Shown: positions 35,086-42,980 of the stretch, piece by piece
Numbering within the stretch: position 1 is the stretch's first letter
Layout: every line of letters begins with the position of its first letter
Source: a virus
DNA length: 58,821 nt
Strand: one strand, 5' to 3'
IMG/VR virus record: IMGVR_UViG_3300037875_000261
Program-made: the position numbers and the translations under genes
Notes under the pieces: generated by a model
The model's database searches: none
Told to the model about the DNA's origin: nothing
Seen by the model: only the letters and a program-made list of their open reading frames with translations

Positions 35086-35935
35086 CTCCGTATACCCTCA
35101 GTAGAACGCCGATCATACGGCGGAACATCGCGCCCACCTGAGCGGTCGTCATCGTTTCGTGCCCGCGAATCTGAATCGACCAGAACTTCTCAACGCCCTG
35201 CTGGAATCGAGTCACCGTATCGACCAGCCGATCCATCGACCGATCGTGATCGAGCCCGCGTTGCAGCAGCGTGTCGAGTTCCTTCTCGATCTCCTTCGCA
35301 CCGCTGTCGAGGTACGCCGCGCTCACTAGCTCGCGCACCTTCCCGGCCACGGCCTCGCGCCAGTCGATCGTGTCGTTCTCGTCCATGCGCTGCATCGCCT
35401 TCTGGACGACGACGTCGAGCGTCGCGAGCCCGCGTCGCAGGTTGACGAGTTCGTCGTCGTCGAGCGCGGCCTCGTACGCCACGCCGACGCGCTCGCCCAT
35501 CGAGCGCCCCCATCTCGAATCGCCGTCATGCTGCGCGGGCTTCTGCCCCTTCGCTGCGACGCCGCCGTGGTAGTAACAGACGCCGCCCCTCGGCCCAGCC
35601 GGTCGACGGCAGCGCCCCGGCGTGCCGTCCTTCATCTTCGTCTGCTTCGAGTTCGCGGTGCAGCGCCCGTATGTGTACTGACGTACGATCGGCGACTCGT
35701 CGTACTCGCGAACGAAGCGCGGGTCGGTCGGCTTCTCGGGGATCGCGATGCCCGCGTCGGCAGCGGCCTCCTTGAGCTGACGCTTGCGACGCGCGGTCGT
35801 GCTGCCGCCCGCGTTCTTCTTCTTCGGCGTCGGGATCGTCTTCTGCTTCTTCGCCGCCTTGCGTCTCGCCTTCTTCTTCGGCGCGCGCCCGTTCCCGTTC
35901 GACTCGGGCTGCCCATTCCCGTTCGCGTTGTTCAA
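34985..35935 (-). CDS. candidate terminase small subunit / DNA-binding packaging protein (about 316 aa)
   Basis: Only the C-terminal third of ORF 34985..37444 is used. The proposed TTG at 35935 overlaps the upstream TGA (TTGA). Lys/Arg-rich N-terminus, motif CRRPAGPRGGVCYYHGG, helical C-terminus. Start uncertain. Confidence 0.4.
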   Translation of the reverse strand: MNNANGNGQPESNGNGRAPKKKARRKAAKKQKTIPTPKKKNAGGSTTARRKRQLKEAAADAGIAIPEKPTDPRFVREYDESPIVRQYTYGRCTANSKQTKMKDGTPGRCRRPAGPRGGVCYYHGGVAAKGQKPAQHDGDSRWGRSMGERVGVAYEAALDDDELVNLRRGLATLDVVVQKAMQRMDENDTIDWREAVAGKVRELVSAAYLDSGAKEIEKELDTLLQRGLDHDRSMDRLVDTVTRFQQGVEKFWSIQIRGHETMTTAQVGAMFRRMIGVLLRVYGDDAERGIVEIDRECMGGRLTLADTEAAGTGAED

Positions 35936-36204
35936 CCTAGCCTCACCGATCCGATCAGAGCCGCGAGCACGTCGCTCGGGATATTGAGCGTGCCGTTCTG
36001 CCCGTAGACGAACGAGCACACGGTCAGCCACGAATCGTCGCCGTCGCGCTTCTCGATGCGACCCGCAGCCGGGTGCAGCTTCGGCTTCGGCTGCCCCTCG
36101 CGGGGCGGCTTGTCCCAGTACGCTGCGGAATGAATCACGCGGTGCTGCTCGCCGTTCACGACGAAGCCCGCGATTGATGTCTCTGACCTTGCATGTATTG
36201 CCAT
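35932..36204 (-). CDS. hypothetical protein (90 aa)
   Basis: Complete ORF with an AAGGAGA RBS. Confidence 0.5.
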   Translation of the reverse strand: MAIHARSETSIAGFVVNGEQHRVIHSAAYWDKPPREGQPKPKLHPAAGRIEKRDGDDSWLTVCSFVYGQNGTLNIPSDVLAALIGSVRLG

Positions 36205-36213
36205 CGGTTCTCC

Positions 36214-38523
36214 TTACCAGTCGTTCGCGCTCATGTCGCCCTTGAGGTTTCCAAGCGCGGTGAAGACGACGCCGAACGCTTGCCGATACGTCGCTGCCCC
36301 GTCGGTTCGCACGCCTTGAATGCTCTGACCGCCCGGCGTCGTGTCCGTCGCCAGTTCCCACGGGTCGGCGTCGCCCGTCGTCGATCCGTCTGCGTTGCGC
36401 AGCTTGTAGAACGCCCGCCCGTTCTGATCCGTGTGGCTGGCGGCGTTGCCCGTCGCGCCTGACGACGGCAGACCGTTCCGCTCGATCAGCTTGAACAGCC
36501 CGATGATGTCGCCCGATCCGGGCGGCGTGTACAGATCGTCCGTGACCCACATCGTCAGCGACCGCACCTTCGTATCGGATCCCTCGTCCTTCAGGTTCGT
36601 CGTCGTGTTCAGCGTCGGGTCGCCCGTCGGGATCACCAGTTCGGAGAACGACTGCTTGCGCCTCTCCGTGATCGAGTAGCTCGGCGCGTGCTTCCAGTCC
36701 GTGCGCCAGCTCGCGCCGACGCCCGGCTCGCTCGATGCGCCCGACGTGTGCGTCGTGCGCGCGACGTATATCTCGCCGTCTGCGCCCTTCGTGTGCGCGT
36801 TGATCGCGAAGGCCACGCCGCTCGCCCACGCGATCGCGTTGCCCATCCCGTGCTCGTAGTTCCAGTTCAGCGTCCGCATCGCCGGGAGCAGCGACGTGCC
36901 GTCGACCGGGCGACCGTCCGTCACGATGTCCGTCACCTTCGAGCCAGCGATCTCGATCAGCGTCTGGTGCAGATCGGGACCGAGATCGACGAGCGCGTCG
37001 CACTTGCGATTGTTGCCGCGCACGAACCGCACCGGCCCGTTGACGATCAGCGGAACGCGGATGCCCATCTCGTAGCACGACCGCTTGTACCTGCGCTGCC
37101 GACCGGCCTCGCCGTCCGCTCGCGCGTGATCGTGAACCGCCTCCATCGTCGCGCCGAACGTGCGAGCGAAGTCGCCCGCCGTCACAGCGCCGTCGGGATG
37201 GTCGGCGTCGTCGACCTCCGCGCCGTCGCGCATCGAGTCGATGATCTCTTGCGACGTGCCGTTGTCGCTGGTGATGATGAAGATCGTGTTGTCGCGCACC
37301 CCCGACGACATGCCGGTCAGGAACCGACCGAGATGCGTGTCGAACGACTCCAGCATCCCGCCGCTGATTCCCGCGAGCCATGACTCGTCGCTGTTCAGGA
37401 ACTCGGGCGTCGTGACGTCTGCGCGAGGCGCTCCGTCGTACCACGGCGAATGCACCGCGTTAGCCGGGCAGTACATGAAGAACGGCTTCGTCATGTCGCG
37501 CTTGTTCGCGCCGGTCCAGTTGCCCGTCCCCTCGCCGTTGTCGCCGTTGACGTAGTCGATCATCTCGTCGAACGTGCGCTTGATCAGCCACTGCGCCTCG
37601 CCGACGTTCTCCTCGATCACCTTCGTCGAGGTCGTCGTCTCCTTCGTGCATGACGTGTAGTTGTCGTAGCCTGTCGACCGACCCTCGAATACCGGCTGCC
37701 CCGGCTGAATGCCTGGGCTCGGCGAGCCCTTCGGGTTCTGCCACAGCACGAACCCTTTCTCGAACTGACCGACAGCCGTCGAGCCGTCCGTCGTCACGCC
37801 CGTGAAGATGTGCTCCCAGCCCGGCCCCTCGCTGCCGTCGAGCTTGCGCATCACCGTGTCGGGCGAGTCGTTCGTCGTCATCGTGTCGTCGCCCACGCCG
37901 AGGTGCCACTTGCCGAAGATCGACGTCTCGTATCCCTTCGCCTTCATGTGGCGGGCGATGCTGTACTCGTACTTGTGATCGGGGTCGCCGAGGAACTGAC
38001 CGCCCGCGCCGACGACGAGGGACTGGCCGGGAACGATCTTGCCGTCGGCGACCGTGTACTCGACCTGCCCGCCGATCACCCACGTCATGCCCGTACGCGA
38101 CGGGTAGCGTCCCGAGATGAACGACGCGCGCCACGGAGTGCAGACCGGCATCGCTCGCGCCTGCGAGAACACCACGCCCGACGACGCGAGCGAATGGATC
38201 GTCGGCGTGTACGGGTAGACCGCATCCGCCCCGCCGTCCTTGAGGTAGTCGCCCGACGTCCACGCGTTCTCGTCGACGGAGTTCGCGCCGTACCCGTTGC
38301 CGTATGTGTACAGCAGGTCGATGCCGATGTCGTCGAGCACGATCAGCACGACGTTCGGTCGCTCGCGGTTCGCGTCGGGGTACGTCGCGACAGTCGCGCC
38401 AACGCCGAGCGGCTTGGCGGCTGCGACCGTCGCGCCCTCCGCCTGCTGCACTGTCGCCGTCGGCTTCGCCCCCTCCGCGAACGGGAGCGGTGCGGGCGTC
38501 GGCGTCGTCGGTGTCGTGCTCAT
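36214..38523 (-). CDS. sulfatase (alkaline-phosphatase superfamily, Cys-type) with a long C-terminal extension (769 aa)
   Basis: Metal-site start VVLIVLDDIG. Formylglycine motif CTPWRASFISGRYPSRTG (C-x-P-x-R...G). No N-terminal signal peptide is visible. Confidence 0.75.
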   Translation of the reverse strand: MSTTPTTPTPAPLPFAEGAKPTATVQQAEGATVAAAKPLGVGATVATYPDANRERPNVVLIVLDDIGIDLLYTYGNGYGANSVDENAWTSGDYLKDGGADAVYPYTPTIHSLASSGVVFSQARAMPVCTPWRASFISGRYPSRTGMTWVIGGQVEYTVADGKIVPGQSLVVGAGGQFLGDPDHKYEYSIARHMKAKGYETSIFGKWHLGVGDDTMTTNDSPDTVMRKLDGSEGPGWEHIFTGVTTDGSTAVGQFEKGFVLWQNPKGSPSPGIQPGQPVFEGRSTGYDNYTSCTKETTTSTKVIEENVGEAQWLIKRTFDEMIDYVNGDNGEGTGNWTGANKRDMTKPFFMYCPANAVHSPWYDGAPRADVTTPEFLNSDESWLAGISGGMLESFDTHLGRFLTGMSSGVRDNTIFIITSDNGTSQEIIDSMRDGAEVDDADHPDGAVTAGDFARTFGATMEAVHDHARADGEAGRQRRYKRSCYEMGIRVPLIVNGPVRFVRGNNRKCDALVDLGPDLHQTLIEIAGSKVTDIVTDGRPVDGTSLLPAMRTLNWNYEHGMGNAIAWASGVAFAINAHTKGADGEIYVARTTHTSGASSEPGVGASWRTDWKHAPSYSITERRKQSFSELVIPTGDPTLNTTTNLKDEGSDTKVRSLTMWVTDDLYTPPGSGDIIGLFKLIERNGLPSSGATGNAASHTDQNGRAFYKLRNADGSTTGDADPWELATDTTPGGQSIQGVRTDGAATYRQAFGVVFTALGNLKGDMSANDW

Positions 38524-38541
38524 GCGTGCCTTCTCCCCGTG

Positions 38542-39099
38542 CTAGTCATTCGCGACCTCGATCCCGTCTTCGACATCCGATCCCTTTCGCCTCTTGAATC
38601 CCCTGTACTCCATCCACGACCAGAACCCCGCGATCAGCGCCATGCCCACGCCCGATAGAATCTTGCCGAGCATCCCGGCCCACCACGGCTCGTCGGCGTC
38701 GGGCGGGGGGTCGGGACCAATGGGCGCATGCTGAATACGCGAATCGCTGTCGGCGTCGCCGCCGATGGCTCCACCCCCGCGCGTATCATCTTGACTGCCC
38801 CCACCGGCCCCGGTGTGCGCGTCGATCTCGTCGTGCGTCGCTTCCGTGATCACGTCGCGCAGCCATCGCCGCATGACGTCGTGATCGTCCGCGCCCTCGC
38901 CCTCGACCCATCGGCGCAAGCGCGACGGTGCCGAGAACGTGAGCGCACCGCCGACCGTCGTCTGCTCCGTGTCGTACTGACCGGCGCTCGATCCCGCGCG
39001 CGAGATTGTCCCGCCGCCCCTCTCGACGTAGAGCGTGAGCGAAGGCAACGCGCACGCGGTGACGCCGATCAGGAGAAGAACGAGCGCGAGGCGATTCAA
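38542..39099 (-). CDS. lipoprotein with a C-terminal TM segment (u-spanin-like architecture, 185 aa)
   Basis: A TTG start gives (M)NRLALVLLLIGVTAC, a signal plus lipobox. C-terminal TM GMLGKILSGVGMALIAGFWSW. Confidence 0.45.
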   Translation of the reverse strand: MNRLALVLLLIGVTACALPSLTLYVERGGGTISRAGSSAGQYDTEQTTVGGALTFSAPSRLRRWVEGEGADDHDVMRRWLRDVITEATHDEIDAHTGAGGGSQDDTRGGGAIGGDADSDSRIQHAPIGPDPPPDADEPWWAGMLGKILSGVGMALIAGFWSWMEYRGFKRRKGSDVEDGIEVAND

Positions 39100-39101
39100 G
39101 G

Positions 39102-39356
39102 CTACGCCTCGTCCTCGTCGACGGCCACGCGCTCGATCCACTCAGCCGCGCCTTCGTGGTCGTCCCACCCGCCGCCGTGGTCGATGCGATGCACGACGCG
39201 AAAGAGCCAGTCGTACGCGGTCGACCCGCCTGCGTCCATCTGCTCAAGCGTCTCGCCCGACGACTCCTCGATGCGCCCGCGATACGCCTCGACGTACGAC
39301 CAGCGAATCGACGTGACGCCGTGCGAGACGTCGGGCGTGATCTGGAAGGTGTCCAT
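39102..39356 (-). CDS. hypothetical acidic protein (84 aa)
   Basis: Complete ORF. Confidence 0.5.
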   Translation of the reverse strand: MDTFQITPDVSHGVTSIRWSYVEAYRGRIEESSGETLEQMDAGGSTAYDWLFRVVHRIDHGGGWDDHEGAAEWIERVAVDEDEA

Positions 39357-39359
39357 TGT

Positions 39360-39602
39360 CTACATCCCCATCGCGTTCGTCATCAGCCGATCGCGCAGAC
39401 GATCCCGTCTCGCGCGCTGTAGTGCCCCCGGTTCGACGACGGCGTCGAGCGCGAGTCGATACGCCTTCAGGCTCTCGATCGCTTGCGCGCGCTTCTGCCC
39501 GCACTGCGGGCCACGCCGGAACGCGTCCGCGAGTTCCATGCCGTGCGCCATGCCTCGCGCGTACGCGATCTCCTCCCGCGCAGCGGGCGTCGGGTCGCTC
39601 AC
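39360..39602 (-). CDS. hypothetical protein (80 aa)
   Basis: Tail of frame 39360..40172. The GTG start overlaps the upstream TAG (TAGTG). Confidence 0.4.
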   Translation of the reverse strand: MSDPTPAAREEIAYARGMAHGMELADAFRRGPQCGQKRAQAIESLKAYRLALDAVVEPGALQRARRDRLRDRLMTNAMGM

Positions 39603-40021
39603 TAGGTGACGTCCGACACGCCGTTGTCGATCTCGAACGATCCCTGCATCAGTCGGTCCTTCACCGTCGGCGTGGATCCCGAGGTCAGGCCGACCACGTC
39701 GTACACCCCGGCCTCGACGAGCGCGGCCTGAGCGATCTCCGTCGTCGCGTCCGAGATCGTGATCTCGATCAGCCCGAGCGTCGCGTCGCCGCTGATGTCG
39801 ATACCGTCCGAGCCCGCCTGAGCGCCCGCGCCCGCGAGGTCGAAGACCTTCGACGCGTTGTTCGCGTCGAGCCTGAACTCGGCTTCGAGCCCGTTCGCCG
39901 AGTACGGCGTCAGGTCGACCGCGTCGCCGTTCGGGTACTGAAGGGCGAACGTCTTCTTGAACGTATGCCGACCTGGGATCGCATTCGCGCCCGTGAGCGC
40001 AACCTCTGCCGCTGTAGCCAT
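39602..40021 (-). CDS. beta-sandwich-like hypothetical protein (139 aa)
   Basis: Complete ORF with RBS AGAGGAG. It is the first gene after a 173-nt intergenic region. Confidence 0.55.
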   Translation of the reverse strand: MATAAEVALTGANAIPGRHTFKKTFALQYPNGDAVDLTPYSANGLEAEFRLDANNASKVFDLAGAGAQAGSDGIDISGDATLGLIEITISDATTEIAQAALVEAGVYDVVGLTSGSTPTVKDRLMQGSFEIDNGVSDVT

Positions 40022-40077
40022 CGCTATTCTCCTCTGGTGTCAGACGCCCCGTCGCCCGCCCGGAGCCGCGAGAGCCC

Positions 40078-40106
40078 GTTGTACGGCGCGAGGGACGCCG
40101 CTGCAA
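40078..40106 (-). promoter_or_regulatory. sigma-70-like promoter candidate TTGCAG-N17-TACAAC
   Basis: Minus strand: TTGCAG (40106-40101), a 17-nt spacer, then TACAAC (40083-40078). It lies about 55 nt upstream of the ATG at 40021. Confidence 0.35.
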
Positions 40107-40138
40107 GTGCGGCGGCTGGTCGCCCGGCTGGTCGATGC

Positions 40139-40152
40139 CACGCGCGCGCGCG
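40139..40152. repeat. perfect 14-bp palindrome CACGCGCGCGCGTG
   Basis: An alternating CG core, located just upstream of the promoter candidate. Confidence 0.6.
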
Positions 40153-40194
40153 TGAGGAGGAAAAGGATCCAAGAGGTTATAGCGTCACCGGCAC

Positions 40195-42627
40195 CTATTC
40201 GGTCCCCTGCCCCGGCCCCTCGATATGCCCGGCCTCGATCGCCTGCGCGAACTGGATCAGCTCGGCCCCGTTCTTCGGGTGTACCTGCCGGAAGCCCACG
40301 CCGTAGATCGTCTGGGCTGCCTCGTAGAGTTGCGCGTACGCCTGACGATCGCGGCGTGCGATCGCGATGCGCATGGCGAACGCGAACGAGTTGCCGCCCT
40401 GGAACGTCTCGGTGCCGACGTTGTAGTCGGGGAAGCGCGGCGACGTCGAGCCGTCTGGCGTCGGCCCGGTGGCCTCGGTCGGCTGTGGGTCGTACGCCGT
40501 CTCGCCGTCCCACGACGCGACGGCTGCCTGCGAGATGATGCCGAAGCGTTCGCGCCCCTTCGAGTCGACCTCGCCGTCGAGCCACCACGGGCCGTCGGGG
40601 TCGGTCATCGCGAGCATGGTCTTGAAGATCGTGTCGTGGCATGCGTTGACGAGATCGGTGTCGGTCGCGAACGCGCGAGCGAGCCCGCGTAGCCCGTGCT
40701 CACCGATGCGCACCTCGTACGCTTGACAGGCGCGGTGCTCGTTCTTGAATATCTTGTTCGCCTTGGCCGACCATGTGCATGTCGACGTCATCGCGTTGCC
40801 GACGACCTCGACCGCGTTCCGCGCGAAGTCCGCGAGAACGTCGCGGCGATCGTCACCGGGCCGAAGGAGCTGCGCTGCGGTCGCGACCGTGTCCCATAGC
40901 CAGCCGTCCTCGCGTCCCATCTGCGCTCCGGTGGCGGGGTCGGTCGTCGTATGCTCCTGAAGTCGAGCGAGTCGACCGTGCGGGTGGCCGTTCGTCCAGA
41001 GCGTGCCGCTGAACGCGTGCTCGATCAGCATGTCGATCGACGCTGCGTCGCCCGTCAGCCACGCGAGTTGCGCGCACTCGTTCGTGAATCGTCGGTCGTG
41101 CTGCCGGTCGTAGCTCTTGAACTTCTGGCCGTCGGGCATCGACCGATACGCCCCATCATCGTCGCCCTTCTCGCCGCCCGACAACTCGATCGCGATCTCG
41201 CTGTCCATTCCCGCTGACGTGATCGGGTTGCCGTCGTCGTCGACGTACAGGTCGCACTGCCGGTCGGCCTTCATGCGTTGCTTCAGACACGCGAGCTTGT
41301 AGCCGACGTGCGAGTCGAACCAGTCGGTGAAGTAGATGCCCTCGCCTCCGGTACCGCCGCCGTACTTCGGGCCGTACGGGTGAACGCCGCCAGCCTCGTC
41401 GGTCGTGATCGGGTACGCGTCGGCGAAGCCCGACGAGAGCACCGAGGAGAAGCGCGCGAGGTCAGCGCCGACGTTCGTCTGCACCGAGCCGATCGGCAGG
41501 CGGAACCCTTGCGCGAAGTACGCGTTCGTCGCGGTCCACGTCCACGACGCCGACTGGTTCTGGTCCTCGTTGTCGAGTACGTCGACTGTGTCGGGCTGCA
41601 CGGCGCAGAACGTCGGCAAGTTCGACGACTCGTCGTGGCCGTGTATCAGGGTGAAGCGACGAATGATCTGCGCGCCGGGCGGCATAACGGTTCCGGTCGC
41701 GCCGTCGATGATCGCGACGTACCTGACACCGCGCCACGCGATGGGCGACGGAAACTGCGGGGCGAGCGCGAGCCCGTCGGGGGCGATGGGCGACGGAAAC
41801 TGCGCGACGTCCCTGACACCGCGCCACGCGATGGGCGACGGAAACTGCGGGGCGAGCGCGAGCCCGTCGGGGGCGATGATGCTGACCGATACCGAATCGG
41901 CTCCGACTGCGTACCGCTCGATCTCGCCGCCGTCAGTTTGCCTCGATGCGTGTAGCAGGCGCACGACCATCTCGACCGAGCCGCTGCCCGACCACGCTGT
42001 CGTGTAGACCTTCGCGACGATACCGCCGCGCAGCTTGACGGTGTTCAGCATCGTCGCCGTATGCGAGCCGCGCGAGATGACGCGACCGCGCGCCGGGGAG
42101 AACGCGAACTCGTTCGGGCCGATGTGGCGGACGTACGAGGCAGACGACGCGGGGGTTCCAGCGACCGAGCACGCGAAGCGGAACTCGCCGCGCAGCGCCG
42201 ATGCGACGTTCGACGGCAGCCAGAAGCGCGGGCGTATGCCGCCGCGTTCCGCGATGCGCACCTCGTACGCGTCCGACTCGTCGAGGTCGCTGACTGTCCA
42301 GCGCACGACCGACGGCATCCCGTGCGCGTCGAAGACGACGGGCTGGATCTGCGCGAGCTTGTCGCCGACGTAGATGTCGATCAGGTTCTTGTGGAGTTGA
42401 ATGCGTCGGTGCATCGGCACCGGCAGCGTGCCGAAGGACGGGCCGCCGGGTCCGCCGCCGAGGATCGCGGCGACACTCGCCGCGCTGCGTTGCGTGAAGT
42501 TGTCGCCCTCGCCGTGCGGGATCTCGGGCGCGACGTCGCGCCCCGACTCGACGCGCGCGCCCGCGCCTTCCTCGCCTCGCCCGTGCTTATTCCAGAGGCT
42601 TCGTCGTGACGTCGTCGGATTCTGCAT
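40195..42627 (-). CDS. large unknown protein (about 810 aa) with a beta-rich N-terminal half and a helical C-terminal half
   Basis: Frame 40195..42882 trimmed to the ATG at 42627 (MQNPTTSRR...), preceded by GAAGGGCAATCGCATG. An alternative ATG lies at 42414. No family recognised. Confidence 0.55.
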   Translation of the reverse strand: MQNPTTSRRSLWNKHGRGEEGAGARVESGRDVAPEIPHGEGDNFTQRSAASVAAILGGGPGGPSFGTLPVPMHRRIQLHKNLIDIYVGDKLAQIQPVVFDAHGMPSVVRWTVSDLDESDAYEVRIAERGGIRPRFWLPSNVASALRGEFRFACSVAGTPASSASYVRHIGPNEFAFSPARGRVISRGSHTATMLNTVKLRGGIVAKVYTTAWSGSGSVEMVVRLLHASRQTDGGEIERYAVGADSVSVSIIAPDGLALAPQFPSPIAWRGVRDVAQFPSPIAPDGLALAPQFPSPIAWRGVRYVAIIDGATGTVMPPGAQIIRRFTLIHGHDESSNLPTFCAVQPDTVDVLDNEDQNQSASWTWTATNAYFAQGFRLPIGSVQTNVGADLARFSSVLSSGFADAYPITTDEAGGVHPYGPKYGGGTGGEGIYFTDWFDSHVGYKLACLKQRMKADRQCDLYVDDDGNPITSAGMDSEIAIELSGGEKGDDDGAYRSMPDGQKFKSYDRQHDRRFTNECAQLAWLTGDAASIDMLIEHAFSGTLWTNGHPHGRLARLQEHTTTDPATGAQMGREDGWLWDTVATAAQLLRPGDDRRDVLADFARNAVEVVGNAMTSTCTWSAKANKIFKNEHRACQAYEVRIGEHGLRGLARAFATDTDLVNACHDTIFKTMLAMTDPDGPWWLDGEVDSKGRERFGIISQAAVASWDGETAYDPQPTEATGPTPDGSTSPRFPDYNVGTETFQGGNSFAFAMRIAIARRDRQAYAQLYEAAQTIYGVGFRQVHPKNGAELIQFAQAIEAGHIEGPGQGTE
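41722..41878 (-). repeat. in-frame tandem duplication with a 90-nt period
   Basis: 41722-41788 and 41812-41878 are 67/67 identical. The protein reads APDGLALAPQFPSPIAWRGVR twice. Confidence 0.85.
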
Positions 42628-42940
42628 GCGATTGCCCTTCGCTTTTCGGTTTCGTGATGTTGACGGTCGCGGCCCATGTATAGCAGCCGCCGGGGATCGC
42701 ACGACGGTCGACGTGACCGCCATGCCATAGCTTCGAGAGTTCGACCTGAGTGCAGCCGAAGAGGTCGGCGGCTTGTACTGAGGTGAGCGCGCGACCGTCG
42801 TCGCGCATCGCTGCGAGCAGAACGCGCATGCGACGGGTGAGGTTCGCCTCGCGCTGCGCCGGTTGCTGTCGGCTCCAGCCAATCGGCGTGTTGTCCTCGC
42901 CGAAGAGGTTGCCGGTTGACGACGACCCGCTCACGCCCAC
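42587..42940 (-). CDS. HTH-containing small protein (up to 117 aa)
   Basis: ALTSVQAADLFGCTQVELSKL is HTH-like. It has a GTG start and an alternative internal ATG (MRVLLAAM). The 3' end overlaps the next gene by 41 nt. Confidence 0.4.
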   Translation of the reverse strand: MGVSGSSSTGNLFGEDNTPIGWSRQQPAQREANLTRRMRVLLAAMRDDGRALTSVQAADLFGCTQVELSKLWHGGHVDRRAIPGGCYTWAATVNITKPKSEGQSHAESDDVTTKPLE

Positions 42941-42980
42941 GCGCCCCCGGTCGTCCGCGTCCCTTCGGGCCGGGTCTGTC

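Noticed and set aside
35936-37444. N-terminal two thirds of the 819-aa ORF 34985..37444
   Set aside because: This part overlaps the sulfatase gene and the 90-aa gene in another frame and is an Arg/Gly/Asp-rich low-complexity translation. Only the last 316 codons look like a real protein.
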